A stretch of 59,312 bases of DNA from an uncultured bacterium (GTDB taxonomy: Bacteria > UBP7 > UBA6624): positions 1 to 59,312 of the forward strand of contig CAZDPU010000001.1 of assembly GCA_964507645.1 (NCBI GenBank), read 5' to 3'. The stretch's first letter is position 1. Every line of letters begins with the position of its first letter. Below, piece by piece: positions 18,081 through 27,783 of the stretch. The notes beneath the pieces were generated by a model. The model searched no databases. It saw only the letters and a list, made by a program, of their open reading frames with translations, and was not told where the DNA came from. The translations under genes were made by a program, and so were the position numbers.

Positions 18081-19517
18081 TTAACTTTTATTGAGAACAG
18101 CAATCAATGCTAGGCACATTTCATCTAAAGAACTTGGTCCCAACCTTACGTCAATGGGCTCATTGATATCGTCATATTCACTCAGGGCATAGGCAACGAA
18201 TGGGTTGTTCATGGTGTTGTCAAAAGTGCATTTGAATTCAAGGGTGTCTCCTCCCTTTATCCTTGGGACAATCCACCTTCCTCCTGGGAATTTTGCATTG
18301 TAGTAGTACATTCTTTGATAATAGAAGTTGTAGTTTGGTGTTGCAATCAGGCATTCCTTTTTACTTTGCCCCTCTTCAGGATTTTTTCGATGGAGGATAA
18401 CTTCCATGTTGGTTCCTGTATAGTGCATATGTGTTCCTATCCCAAAGATTGCTGTTTCTGGAAAGTTTTCTGGAAGTGTGAAAAGAATTGTTTCCTCATG
18501 ATCTTTTACGTTTGCGGGAATTACAAAATCTGGATATCCTTTTTCATCATATGAGCCCGGAACAAGGCCATTTGGAATTTGATTTCCATCCTCATCAAAT
18601 CTACTATCGTGGACAGAGCCCCATTGCCAAACAAGAGTTTTAAATATAGGTTCATTTTTTATTATCTCGAGGTCTAGCATTGTTGAGTCTTTTGGAGGTT
18701 CGTTGTACTCTTCATGAATGTGGTAATGTATTTGCATGATAATCCTAGATCCCTCAGGGATATGTATTCCGGATTCCTTTGGGGGTTCGTAAGGTGGGTA
18801 TCCAGGATTCCATCCCCCTATCAAACTTACTTCAAAACCTACATCGCCAAAGCAGTTGTAGTAACCTTTCTCACCAGCTGTTTCTGCAGATGCTCCTTTC
18901 TCGTCAAGCCATAATCCGACATGATGGACAACCTCTCTGTTTCCGGGAGTTATCCTGAAGTTTGTCATCCATGTGTCTCCCTCAATTTTTGGGTCAAGGA
19001 CAAAGCATCTCAGCATGTCGTCTGTTCCTCCCCACTTCTCCCCAACAATCGTGTATTCGGGAATCGTCATCTTTATGTCTGACCTGAAAGGAACCTCTTT
19101 TTTCTTCTCTTCGTTTTTTTCAATCTTTTCACCCATGGGAAAATCAGAATCTATCCATTTTTCCAGAAGGAGTATTTCTTTTTGGGTTAGGCTGGGGTCA
19201 TCTTTCCATCCGAGTTGGTTTGGTTCACATGTTTCCGTTTCTCCGGGACCCCACGGAGGCATCCTTTTTGCCTTGATTGCCCTCAAGGCACTTTTCGCCT
19301 TTTCTTTGACCTGGTCGTATGTTTCCAGAGAGAATTCAGCAACATTCCCATCTGAATGGCATGAGATGCAGTGATCTGAGAATATTTCTGAGATATGTCC
19401 CTCCCATGTGACTTCTGATTCAACAAGAGTAAACTCTTCTTGATTTGATGTGTTCTTTTCTTGACATGAGGTGAAAATAAGAAATAGGAAAATCAGAGTT
19501 GTTTTTTTTACTTCCAT
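18081..19517 (-). CDS. Copper type II (PHM/DBH-like) monooxygenase lipoprotein with c-type heme motif, copy B
   Basis: Same motifs as copy A; differs in signal peptide and last ~40 codons. Confidence 0.85.
   Translation of the reverse strand: MEVKKTTLIFLFLIFTSCQEKNTSNQEEFTLVESEVTWEGHISEIFSDHCISCHSDGNVAEFSLETYDQVKEKAKSALRAIKAKRMPPWGPGETETCEPNQLGWKDDPSLTQKEILLLEKWIDSDFPMGEKIEKNEEKKKEVPFRSDIKMTIPEYTIVGEKWGGTDDMLRCFVLDPKIEGDTWMTNFRITPGNREVVHHVGLWLDEKGASAETAGEKGYYNCFGDVGFEVSLIGGWNPGYPPYEPPKESGIHIPEGSRIIMQIHYHIHEEYNEPPKDSTMLDLEIIKNEPIFKTLVWQWGSVHDSRFDEDGNQIPNGLVPGSYDEKGYPDFVIPANVKDHEETILFTLPENFPETAIFGIGTHMHYTGTNMEVILHRKNPEEGQSKKECLIATPNYNFYYQRMYYYNAKFPGGRWIVPRIKGGDTLEFKCTFDNTMNNPFVAYALSEYDDINEPIDVRLGPSSLDEMCLALIAVLNKS
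18202..19481. repeat. Direct repeat, copy 2
   Basis: Matches 16767-18046. Confidence 0.9.
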
Positions 19518-21466
19518 GTTTCTATTTCCTCTGCCACAGCTTCAATCCTGTCTCTTAATGCTGCAGCTAACTCGAATTCAAGATTATCTGCGTGTAAAAG
19601 CATTTCTTTTTCCAATTTTTGAATAAGTTTCATACCTTTGTTGTAATCTTTTGAACCTATTGATTCTTCTTCTCCGATCAAAAACAATTTACTCATTTTT
19701 ATAGATTTTTTTATACTCTTAGGCTTCTTGTTATTCTTTTTATTATATTCTTTCTGAATTTCTCTTCTTCTTGAGGTTTCTCCTATGGCTTCATTCATTG
19801 AAGGGCTTATTGAATCAGCATAAAGAACAACTTTTCCATTTAAATGTCTCGATGCTCTTCCGATAATCTGTATTAGAGATTTTGTACTTCTTAAAAAACC
19901 TTGCTTATCTGCATCTAATATTGCAATAGTTGAAACTTCTGGCAGGTCTAAGCCTTCTCTTAAGAGATTAACTCCAACCAGGCAATCAATTTTTCCAGAT
20001 CTCAGTTGGTGTATTATTTTTATTCTTTCAAGTGTTTTTACTTTTGCATGAAGCCATCCGGAATTTATATTTTTTTCTTGTAGAAATTCTGAAATTTCTT
20101 CTGACATTTTTTGAGTAAGGGCTATTATCAAGACCCTATCTCCCTTTGATTTTGCTTTTTTTATTTCTTTTAAGATGTGGTTGATTTGATTGCTTCTTGA
20201 GTGAATTTCTATTTTTGGATCAATTAAGTATGTAGGTCGAATGATTTGTTCAGTTATTTTTTCTGAATTTTCAATTTCCCAAGATCCTGGTGTTGCAGAG
20301 ACAAAAAGAGTTTTATTTGTTTTTTCCATCAATTCATCGAAATTTAATGGTCTATTGTCATAAGCAGAAGGCAATCTAAAGCCATGCTCTATAAGGGATT
20401 TTTTTCTAGACCTGTCTCCTTTTGGCATTCCTTTAAATTGAGGTATTGACACATGGCTTTCATCGATTATTGTGAGAAAGTTTTTTGGAAAGAAATCTAT
20501 TAAACACGTAGGAGGTTCACCTTTTTTCCTTTGTTGAAAATGTTTTGAGTAATTTTCAATACCTTTAACGGTTCCAAAAGTTTGTATTTGTTCAAGGTCA
20601 TAAAGGGTTTTTTCTCTAATCCTTTCTGCCTCTATGATTTTTTCTTCTTTTTTGAAAAAGTTCTCATGGGTCTTCATTTCTTCTTTTATTTCACAAAATA
20701 TTTTTTCTCTATTTTTGTCATTTACTACATGCAATGTTGACGGAAATATGGTTATCTTCTCTTCAGAAGATAACTTTTCTCTTGAAACTGTATGAATTTT
20801 TTTTATCGATTCGATTTCATTCCCGAACCATTCAATGAGTATTGAATTCTCTTCTTCAGGGGTTTGTATTTTCATTGTGTCATTCTGTCTTTCAAATGTG
20901 CCATTGCTGATTGAACCTGTTTCATAAACATAACCCATTGAAACCAATCTTTTTCCAATGTCTTTTGGCTCTATTAGGTCACCCTTTTTTATTGGGAGGA
21001 TTTTATTTAAGTAATCTTTAGGTGCACCTATTCCGTAAACACTTGAAACTGTTCCTATTATTACTGAATGTTTTGATGTAATTAAGCTTTTTACTGCTTG
21101 ATGTCTCAATCTTTCAATTTCTGTATTTATTTTTGCATCTTTTTCAATATATTTATTTTCATGGACTATATAAGCTTCGGGTTGGTAGTAGTCATAATAG
21201 GAAACAAAATACCCAACAGAATTATTTGGAAAAAAAGTTTTAAATTCTTCATAAAGTTGTGCGGCGAGTGTTTTGTTGTGTGTTAAGACCAATGTAGGTA
21301 AACCCAGTGACTGAATAACATTTGAAACCGTATAGGTTTTTCCACTTCCAGTAACACCTAGTAGTGTTTGTTTTTTTGAGCCTTCTTCAAAGCCTTTCAA
21401 TATGCTTTTGATTGCCTTAGGTTGATCTCCAGCTGGAGAAAATTGAGTTTTTAGATTAAAGTTCAC
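19508..21466 (-). CDS. uvrB: Excinuclease ABC subunit B
   Basis: PAGDQP, GVTGSGKT, SYYDYYQPEAY, DESH, GFRLPSAYDNRPL, LREGLDLPEV, FELAAALRD; GTG 21466 is a likelier start than 21523. Confidence 0.96.
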   Translation of the reverse strand: MNFNLKTQFSPAGDQPKAIKSILKGFEEGSKKQTLLGVTGSGKTYTVSNVIQSLGLPTLVLTHNKTLAAQLYEEFKTFFPNNSVGYFVSYYDYYQPEAYIVHENKYIEKDAKINTEIERLRHQAVKSLITSKHSVIIGTVSSVYGIGAPKDYLNKILPIKKGDLIEPKDIGKRLVSMGYVYETGSISNGTFERQNDTMKIQTPEEENSILIEWFGNEIESIKKIHTVSREKLSSEEKITIFPSTLHVVNDKNREKIFCEIKEEMKTHENFFKKEEKIIEAERIREKTLYDLEQIQTFGTVKGIENYSKHFQQRKKGEPPTCLIDFFPKNFLTIIDESHVSIPQFKGMPKGDRSRKKSLIEHGFRLPSAYDNRPLNFDELMEKTNKTLFVSATPGSWEIENSEKITEQIIRPTYLIDPKIEIHSRSNQINHILKEIKKAKSKGDRVLIIALTQKMSEEISEFLQEKNINSGWLHAKVKTLERIKIIHQLRSGKIDCLVGVNLLREGLDLPEVSTIAILDADKQGFLRSTKSLIQIIGRASRHLNGKVVLYADSISPSMNEAIGETSRRREIQKEYNKKNNKKPKSIKKSIKMSKLFLIGEEESIGSKDYNKGMKLIQKLEKEMLLHADNLEFELAAALRDRIEAVAEEIETWK

Positions 21467-22097
21467 CTTTTGTGCCAGGTTGGAAGTTGTTTTCTTTTGA
21501 ACAAAAAACAGATATAACTTCAAGGATTTTTTTCTCTAAGTCTTCCAAGCTGCCATTATTTTCTATTACAGCATCAGACATTAAGCTTCTTTCTTTTTCA
21601 GTTGATTGAGATTTTTCTATTGCAAAGAATTCTTCTTTTGTTAGTTCATTTTTGTATCTTTTTAAGGTCCTGTGAAGTCTTTTTTCTTGTTTTGCTTCAA
21701 CAGTAATAATTTTTTTGAAATGTTTTTCAAGCCCTGATTTGACCAAGATTGGTATTTCGCAAATCAAGTTTTTTTCACTTGAGTTGATTAAAGATACACA
21801 TTGCTTTTTTATTACTGGATGAATGATGCTTTCTAAAAAAGACAATTTCTTTTTGTTGGAAAAAACTATTTTTCTTAATTTTTGTTTGTCAAGATTTTTT
21901 TTATTTTTTGTTTTTGCTACAAATGCTTCAGGGATTTTCGTTTTTAGCTTTTCTTGAATTTCTTTTCTTGAGTAAAGGTTGTGAACTTCTTTATCGGCAC
22001 TATAGGTATCAAATCCAATTCTTTCAAAAATGTCTAAAACGGTTGATTTTCCGGATCCAAATGAGCCCGTTAGGCCAATTGTTAAATTTTTACTCAA
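21456..22097 (-). CDS. coaE: Dephospho-CoA kinase
   Basis: IGLTGSFGSGKST, LESIIHP, EIPIL, IENNG; TTG at 22097 overlaps the rpsA stop (TTGAGTAA). Confidence 0.92.
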   Translation of the reverse strand: MSKNLTIGLTGSFGSGKSTVLDIFERIGFDTYSADKEVHNLYSRKEIQEKLKTKIPEAFVAKTKNKKNLDKQKLRKIVFSNKKKLSFLESIIHPVIKKQCVSLINSSEKNLICEIPILVKSGLEKHFKKIITVEAKQEKRLHRTLKRYKNELTKEEFFAIEKSQSTEKERSLMSDAVIENNGSLEDLEKKILEVISVFCSKENNFQPGTKGEL

Positions 22098-23229
22098 AAT
22101 CTTTGAGAAGTTCTGATAATGTTTGTCCACCCTCAGCTTTATCTCCAAACGTTTCACCTCTAGGTTTTTTTGATTCTTCTTTCGAAATCAAAGATAAAGA
22201 AAGTTTTTTATTTTCTTTGTCTACATTTTTGATTCTCGCTTTAACATTTTCTCCAGATTTTTCTTTAAAGTTTTCTGGGATTTCTGACTCATGAACAAAT
22301 CCCTCTATCCCATTTTCTAAAGATACAAATAGACCAAATTTTGTTTTATTTGAAATTGTCCCATTTACCCAGGTTTCTTTTTCTAAGATTTCATTATTCC
22401 AAGGGTTTTCCCTTGTCATGTTGTAACTGGTGTCTATTTGCATTTTTTCTTTATTTATTTTTGTTATTTTGACTTCAATTTCCTGACCTTCTTTGAAAAT
22501 ATTTTTAAGATCTCCACCTCCCCATGTAGCTTCATTTCTATGAAGAAATAAATTTGCTCCATTTGAATTAAGGATGATTCCAAAAGTTTTGTTTTTTTGA
22601 GATAAAAATCTTTTAATTTTTGCTTTCACTATTGAATTTTCTGGATTCGACAAGATGAATTGAGAAAACTGCCTATTCTTCTTTTCTTCAAGATAGGCAA
22701 TTCTTGAAACTATTGCATCATTTTTTTTCATCTCCTTCACTAAAAACTTAACATTCCTTCCAATAAGCACTTCTAGGTTTCTGGGGGGGTTTTTTTCATA
22801 AAGAGACCGTGGCATAAATAGCAACCTTCCATTGAGGTTAACCATCATTCCTACCTGTTGTTTGTTTTTGTTTAAAACAATTTTTTCAATCTTTCCAGAA
22901 AGGGCTTCTTTGTTTTCAAAGGAGTTTTCAAGCATTTTTGCAGATTCTTTTTCTACTATTCTTTTTCTACTTACAATAATTTTTTCTCGATTTGTTCTTA
23001 TTATCTCTACTTTTAAAGATTCGCCTGTTTTGATGTTTTTTAAATCATCTCCAATTTGATCTTTGGGAAGCCAGGCATCATTTTTCAATCCGAGAGAAAG
23101 TATTATTCCATTTTCGTCTTTTTGTACAACTTTTCCACTTCTCTCGTCTCCTTTTTGGGGATTCTCAAAATCCAAAAAGTTTTCCTCTATGCTGTTTGTT
23201 TCTTTTTCAGAATTCATATTTTTTTCCAA
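22090..23229 (-). CDS. rpsA: 30S ribosomal protein S1 (short, about 4 S1 domains)
   Basis: Repeated S1 motifs (FGLFVSL..GIEGFVHESE, LSLS); start TTG 23229 or ATG 23217. Confidence 0.85.
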   Translation of the reverse strand: MEKNMNSEKETNSIEENFLDFENPQKGDERSGKVVQKDENGIILSLGLKNDAWLPKDQIGDDLKNIKTGESLKVEIIRTNREKIIVSRKRIVEKESAKMLENSFENKEALSGKIEKIVLNKNKQQVGMMVNLNGRLLFMPRSLYEKNPPRNLEVLIGRNVKFLVKEMKKNDAIVSRIAYLEEKKNRQFSQFILSNPENSIVKAKIKRFLSQKNKTFGIILNSNGANLFLHRNEATWGGGDLKNIFKEGQEIEVKITKINKEKMQIDTSYNMTRENPWNNEILEKETWVNGTISNKTKFGLFVSLENGIEGFVHESEIPENFKEKSGENVKARIKNVDKENKKLSLSLISKEESKKPRGETFGDKAEGGQTLSELLKDFE

Positions 23230-25672
23230 TCTTTACACCAACCCTCAAAGGGACTTTCAATTCTAAAGCTTTTTCCATTGCTTTTTTTGCTTTTTCAATA
23301 CTCTCTTCTAAAATGCTATCAGACACATGAAATACGAGTTCATCATGGACTTGCAGAATTAGTTCAAATTCTTGATTTAGATTATGAAGAATTTTAACCA
23401 TGGCTCTTTTTATAAGATCGGAACTTCCACCTTGAACACAGTTGTTGACAGCTTGTCTTTCGGCTTGTTGTCTCATAAAACTATTTGGGCTTCCTAATCC
23501 TTCTACGTATCTTCTTCTGCCGTCTAGCGTTTCTGTGTATAGGTTTTGGTTTGCGTTTTCTTTTGTTTCCTTTATCCACCTATAAACACCATTAAATTTT
23601 TCAAAATATTTTTTTATCTCATTTTTCGAGCGTTCAATAGATATTCCTAGCTGTTTTGACAATGCACTTGCACCCATGCCGTAAATAATTCCAAAATTAA
23701 TAATTTTTGCAATTCTTCTGTCATCTTGTGTTATTTCTTTCTTGTTTTTCTTAAACATTAGAGAAGCTGTTTGAGAATGAACATCTTCATCTTTATTGAA
23801 AATTTCTATTAGTTTTTTGTCTTCTGAAAGGTGTGCTAAAACCCTAAGGTCAATTTGTGAATAATCGATAGAAACTATTGAGAAATTTTCTTTTGCTTCT
23901 ACACACCTGCGAATCATTCTTCCTTCATCCGTCTTTATTGGAAGAACCTGGAAATTAGGATTTTTTGATGCAAGCCTACCGCTTCTTGTTCCATATGGGT
24001 CAAAGCTTGGGTGTATTCTTCCATTATCTTTTCGGTGCTGCATAAAAGGTTTTATGTAAGATGAAAGGAGTTTATGTTTCTCCCTATATTTGATAATTTC
24101 TTCTATTATTGGATGTTTTCCAAGAAGGCTATTCAATGCTTCTCTATTTGTACTTTTTCCATGTTTTGATTTGAGATTTAATTTTTCAAAAAGGATTTCC
24201 CCAACCTGCTTTGGACTTCTTGGGTTGAAGTCTGTTTCAGATATTTTTTTCATTTTCGCTTCTATGTCCAAGCACTCAAGATTGAATTTTTCCTCAAGTT
24301 TTTTTACTTCTTTTACATTAATTGGAACACCTGTGTTTTTCATTTTTTCAACTGCTAGAAGAAAAGGTTTTTCTATTTTTTCGTAGTAGTTTTTTATAGT
24401 CTTTTCTCCAATTTTTTTTTCTAAGATTTGTTTTAATTGTCTGAATTTGCTTATACACACTGAGGGATCTTCCGGGATTTGCTCATCAAAGACCTTGTTC
24501 CATGTTTTTTGAATTGAGGGATTTTCTGAGTTTAAGAAAAAAGCATATGACTTTAAATCCAATGCATTCTCAAAATCAGAATGAAATATGTTTATTTTTT
24601 TGTTGTAGAAATCAAACCCAATGATTTGATGTTTGTCGTTGAGGTAATCTTTGATGTTTGTTCTTGTTGCAAAAAGACCTTCATCTTCCTTTGGCCCAAA
24701 AGTAATATTTTCAGTCTGACATATCCATGAATCCCCATATGGCATCAAGTGTACAAAAGAAGTTTTATCTAATTCTATTTTTATGTCTTCTGGGTCAAGT
24801 TTTTTAACTTCTACCTGCTTTTCTTCTTTCAACACGAATGATGTCATGCCTAACTTTTTTAATATTTTTTGAGCAGGTTTGTTAGAGAGGTTGAAGGGTT
24901 TCAAATTCCCAATTTGAATATCTAAATCACCATCTAGGGTTGCTAATTTTTTACAAAAATAAGCTGATTCTTTGTCGTTTTCAAGTTTCTTTCTTTGTGA
25001 GTCAGGAAGGTCCTGTAGGTTCTTGTAAATGTCATCCAGGTCTTTATATTTTTTCAACAGTATTTTTGCTGTTTTCTCACCTATTCCCTTGACCCCTTTT
25101 AGATTGTCTGAAGAGTCTCCGACAAGGCCTTTGAAATCAGGTATTAAATCTGGATCAAATCCATATTCCTCAAAAAGAGTATTTTTTGTTATTAGCTTAA
25201 TTTGGGAAATAGACCTTCCAGATCTGAGGATGGAGACGCCTGGTTCCAAGGTTTGAAGTAAGTCTTTGTCGTTACTGACGATTATAGGGTTTATTTTTTC
25301 TTTGAGTAGGCTCTTTGAAACTGATGCCAATACGTCATCTGCTTCGTGTCCTGGAAATTCTATAGACTTTACATCAAGCTCTTTCAAAAAAAATTTGAAA
25401 AATTTTATTTGATTCAGAAGGTTTTCTGGAGTGTCAGGTCTCCCAGCTTTGTATTCTGGATACTCTTCTTTCCTCCACGTAGGAACAGATGAATCTAATG
25501 CAACGATTATTGTTTTTGGCTTGTATTTTTTATTGAGCGAATCTAAAGTTCTAACAAATCCAAAAAGTGCATTTGTAGGATCTCCTGCAGGAGATTGCAT
25601 GTTTGGAGGGAGACTGTAAAAAGCCCTAAAGAGAAGATTTAAACCATCTATCAGTAAGGCTTTTTCACTCAA
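23207..25672 (-). CDS. polA: DNA polymerase I
   Basis: 5'-3' exo LIDG, YKAGR, EADD, GDSSDN..GV.GIG.KTA; polymerase GRLAS..PN, DYSQIDLR, K.INFGIIYG, LQVHDEL. Confidence 0.96.
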   Translation of the reverse strand: MSEKALLIDGLNLLFRAFYSLPPNMQSPAGDPTNALFGFVRTLDSLNKKYKPKTIIVALDSSVPTWRKEEYPEYKAGRPDTPENLLNQIKFFKFFLKELDVKSIEFPGHEADDVLASVSKSLLKEKINPIIVSNDKDLLQTLEPGVSILRSGRSISQIKLITKNTLFEEYGFDPDLIPDFKGLVGDSSDNLKGVKGIGEKTAKILLKKYKDLDDIYKNLQDLPDSQRKKLENDKESAYFCKKLATLDGDLDIQIGNLKPFNLSNKPAQKILKKLGMTSFVLKEEKQVEVKKLDPEDIKIELDKTSFVHLMPYGDSWICQTENITFGPKEDEGLFATRTNIKDYLNDKHQIIGFDFYNKKINIFHSDFENALDLKSYAFFLNSENPSIQKTWNKVFDEQIPEDPSVCISKFRQLKQILEKKIGEKTIKNYYEKIEKPFLLAVEKMKNTGVPINVKEVKKLEEKFNLECLDIEAKMKKISETDFNPRSPKQVGEILFEKLNLKSKHGKSTNREALNSLLGKHPIIEEIIKYREKHKLLSSYIKPFMQHRKDNGRIHPSFDPYGTRSGRLASKNPNFQVLPIKTDEGRMIRRCVEAKENFSIVSIDYSQIDLRVLAHLSEDKKLIEIFNKDEDVHSQTASLMFKKNKKEITQDDRRIAKIINFGIIYGMGASALSKQLGISIERSKNEIKKYFEKFNGVYRWIKETKENANQNLYTETLDGRRRYVEGLGSPNSFMRQQAERQAVNNCVQGGSSDLIKRAMVKILHNLNQEFELILQVHDELVFHVSDSILEESIEKAKKAMEKALELKVPLRVGVKIGKKYEF

Positions 25673-27151
25673 TTATTTATATACCTTGAATTTTCCAGCT
25701 TTCAATTTTGTCCAGTATTCAGATAAGGCTTCCTTGACCTTTGGCGCTAGTATTATTCCACCAATTATGTTTGGAAAGGCCATTGAGAGTATCATGAGAT
25801 CTGAAAAATCAAGAACATTTCCTAGTTTCATAACTGTTCCCAATACAACAAAAGCAAGGAACATTACCCTATAGGCCAATATTATTTGTTTACCTCTTCC
25901 AAACAGGTATGCCCAAGCTTTTTCTCCGTAATAGCTCCAGCTTATCATGGTTGAGTATGCGAAGAAGAAAATGCATATTGAAAGAATGGCTGGGAACCAT
26001 GAGAATGTTGATTCAAATGCTTTTTGCGTCATGGCGACACCTTCTAAGCCTGGTGCGTTATAAACACCGCTGACTATAAGTATCAATGCTGTCATGGTGC
26101 ATATAACAACAGTGTCAATGAATGGACCAATCATCCCAACTATACCTTCTCTAACAGGCTGGTCAGTTTTTGCTGCCGAGTGTGCAATTGCGGCAGAACC
26201 TATTCCAGCTTCATTTGAAAAAACGGCTCTCCTTATTCCTTGAACCATTACACCAATTATGCCACCGTATGCTGCATCAGGGCTGAATGCTTGTGTAAAT
26301 ATAAGATTTAAAGCGGGAATAACTTGATCGCCATTTTTAAGCAAGACGATAATTCCGGCAAAAAGGTACAAGCCACACATGAAGGGGATAATCTTTTCAG
26401 TTACTCGTCCAATTCTTTTTATCCCCCCTATGATTACCAAGCCAACAAGAAATGCCATAAAGAAACCAAATCCCCATGATGCTGCTTCAGAATCAGCAAG
26501 GGATGGAACTATTCCGCTTATTGCTTCAAATGTTTGGTTTGCCTGAAACATGTTTCCTCCACCCAAAGATCCCCCTATGCAGAAAACCGCGAATACAACA
26601 GCAAGAATCTTTCCAAGAGTTTCAAGGCCCCTTTCCTTTAGGCCTAAAGAAAGATAATACATAGGCCCTCCATGAACTGTGCCATCTTTGTCTACCTTTC
26701 TGTAGAACTGTGCCAATGTGCACTCATGAAATTTGCTTGTCATTCCAAACAAGCCTAAGATTATCATCCAAAAAACTGCCCCAGGACCTCCAACACCTAC
26801 AGCAACTGCAACACCTGCTATATTTCCAAGTCCAACTGTTGCAGATAGCGCACTAGTTAGTGCTTGAAAATGGGAAATTTCTCCTGGATGTTTAGGGTCG
26901 TCATATTTTCCCGCAATGACGGCTAAGGAATGTTTAAAACCTTTTAAGTTAATCCACTTGTGATAAAAGGTAAAAAATATTGCGCCTAGCATTAATACCC
27001 AAATAATTACAGGTATGTTTGCAACTGGATAAAATAGAAATTCTGCCATTTTTCCAACAATACCACCAAAAGATTCATCTATTCTTTCAGATAAACTTTG
27101 TTCTTCAAATAGTAGATTTAAATTTGCATAACTCCAAGCTAAATTATTCAT
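25673..27151 (-). CDS. Alanine/glycine:cation symporter (AGCS family)
   Basis: ALSATVGLGNIAGVA, GGPGAVFWM, GGPMYY, FSNEAGIGSA, FIDTVVICTMT. Confidence 0.94.
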   Translation of the reverse strand: MNNLAWSYANLNLLFEEQSLSERIDESFGGIVGKMAEFLFYPVANIPVIIWVLMLGAIFFTFYHKWINLKGFKHSLAVIAGKYDDPKHPGEISHFQALTSALSATVGLGNIAGVAVAVGVGGPGAVFWMIILGLFGMTSKFHECTLAQFYRKVDKDGTVHGGPMYYLSLGLKERGLETLGKILAVVFAVFCIGGSLGGGNMFQANQTFEAISGIVPSLADSEAASWGFGFFMAFLVGLVIIGGIKRIGRVTEKIIPFMCGLYLFAGIIVLLKNGDQVIPALNLIFTQAFSPDAAYGGIIGVMVQGIRRAVFSNEAGIGSAAIAHSAAKTDQPVREGIVGMIGPFIDTVVICTMTALILIVSGVYNAPGLEGVAMTQKAFESTFSWFPAILSICIFFFAYSTMISWSYYGEKAWAYLFGRGKQIILAYRVMFLAFVVLGTVMKLGNVLDFSDLMILSMAFPNIIGGIILAPKVKEALSEYWTKLKAGKFKVYK

Positions 27152-27202
27152 AATACCCCCATTAATTCAAAATAAAAAATATGATAGGCTAAGTATACAA
27201 CG

Positions 27203-27285
27203 GCCGGAGTGGCGGAATGGTAGACGCGCTTGCCTCAAAAGCAAGTGTCCAATAGGGCGTGAGGGTTCGAGTCCCTCCTCCGGCA
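27203..27285 (+). tRNA. tRNA-Leu(CAA), CCA not encoded
   Basis: GCCGGAG/CTCCGGC stem, GGCGGAATGGTAGACGC, CTTGC-CTCAAAA-GCAAG, long variable arm, TTCGAGT. Confidence 0.95.
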
Positions 27286-27783
27286 TTAGTTTTCAAGGAT
27301 CATTAAAACCTGATCGCCTGAAACTCTTTCCCCTTCAACGACAAGGATTTCTTTGATTTTCCCTTTTGTGGTTGATGCAATTTCATTCTCCATTTTCATT
27401 GCTTGAAGGGTGCACAAAACATCTCCTTCTTTGACTTTTTTATTTTCATTTGTATTTATCGAAGATATTATTCCAGGAATAGGGCTTCTTACCTCGATGA
27501 GCCCTGCAGAACCGTCATCTTTTGCTCTTGTCAAAAATGAGTAACTCGTTTCTCTTTCAAGCTTAAATTTTGTTCCATCTAGAAGTAAATTAATTCTGAT
27601 TCCGTCTCTAGAATAATTCACTGGAAATCTTCTTTCTCCAATGATTATCCCAACAACACCCTGCTCCCTTCTTATTATCTCAAAGGGTATTTTTTCCTCT
27701 CCATTCAAAATTGCGGTATTTGTTCCAAAGTCCACAGAAACATCATGAACTTTTCCTTTAGAGTCTCTGATTTTTAGTTCCAA
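27286..27783 (-). CDS. Biotin carboxyl carrier protein of acyl-CoA carboxylase
   Basis: SPIPG, QAMKMENEI biotinylation motif. Confidence 0.92.
   Translation of the reverse strand: MELKIRDSKGKVHDVSVDFGTNTAILNGEEKIPFEIIRREQGVVGIIIGERRFPVNYSRDGIRINLLLDGTKFKLERETSYSFLTRAKDDGSAGLIEVRSPIPGIISSINTNENKKVKEGDVLCTLQAMKMENEIASTTKGKIKEILVVEGERVSGDQVLMILEN

Noticed and set aside
16643-19517. Diversity-generating retroelement (TR/VR) explanation for the duplicated genes
   Set aside because: No reverse transcriptase in the window, the repeat is gene-length, and differences include C/T and G/C changes rather than adenine-only
11733-27285. Prophage or integrative island anchored at a tRNA
   Set aside because: No integrase, no duplicated tRNA 3' end seen, and the content is mostly core genes
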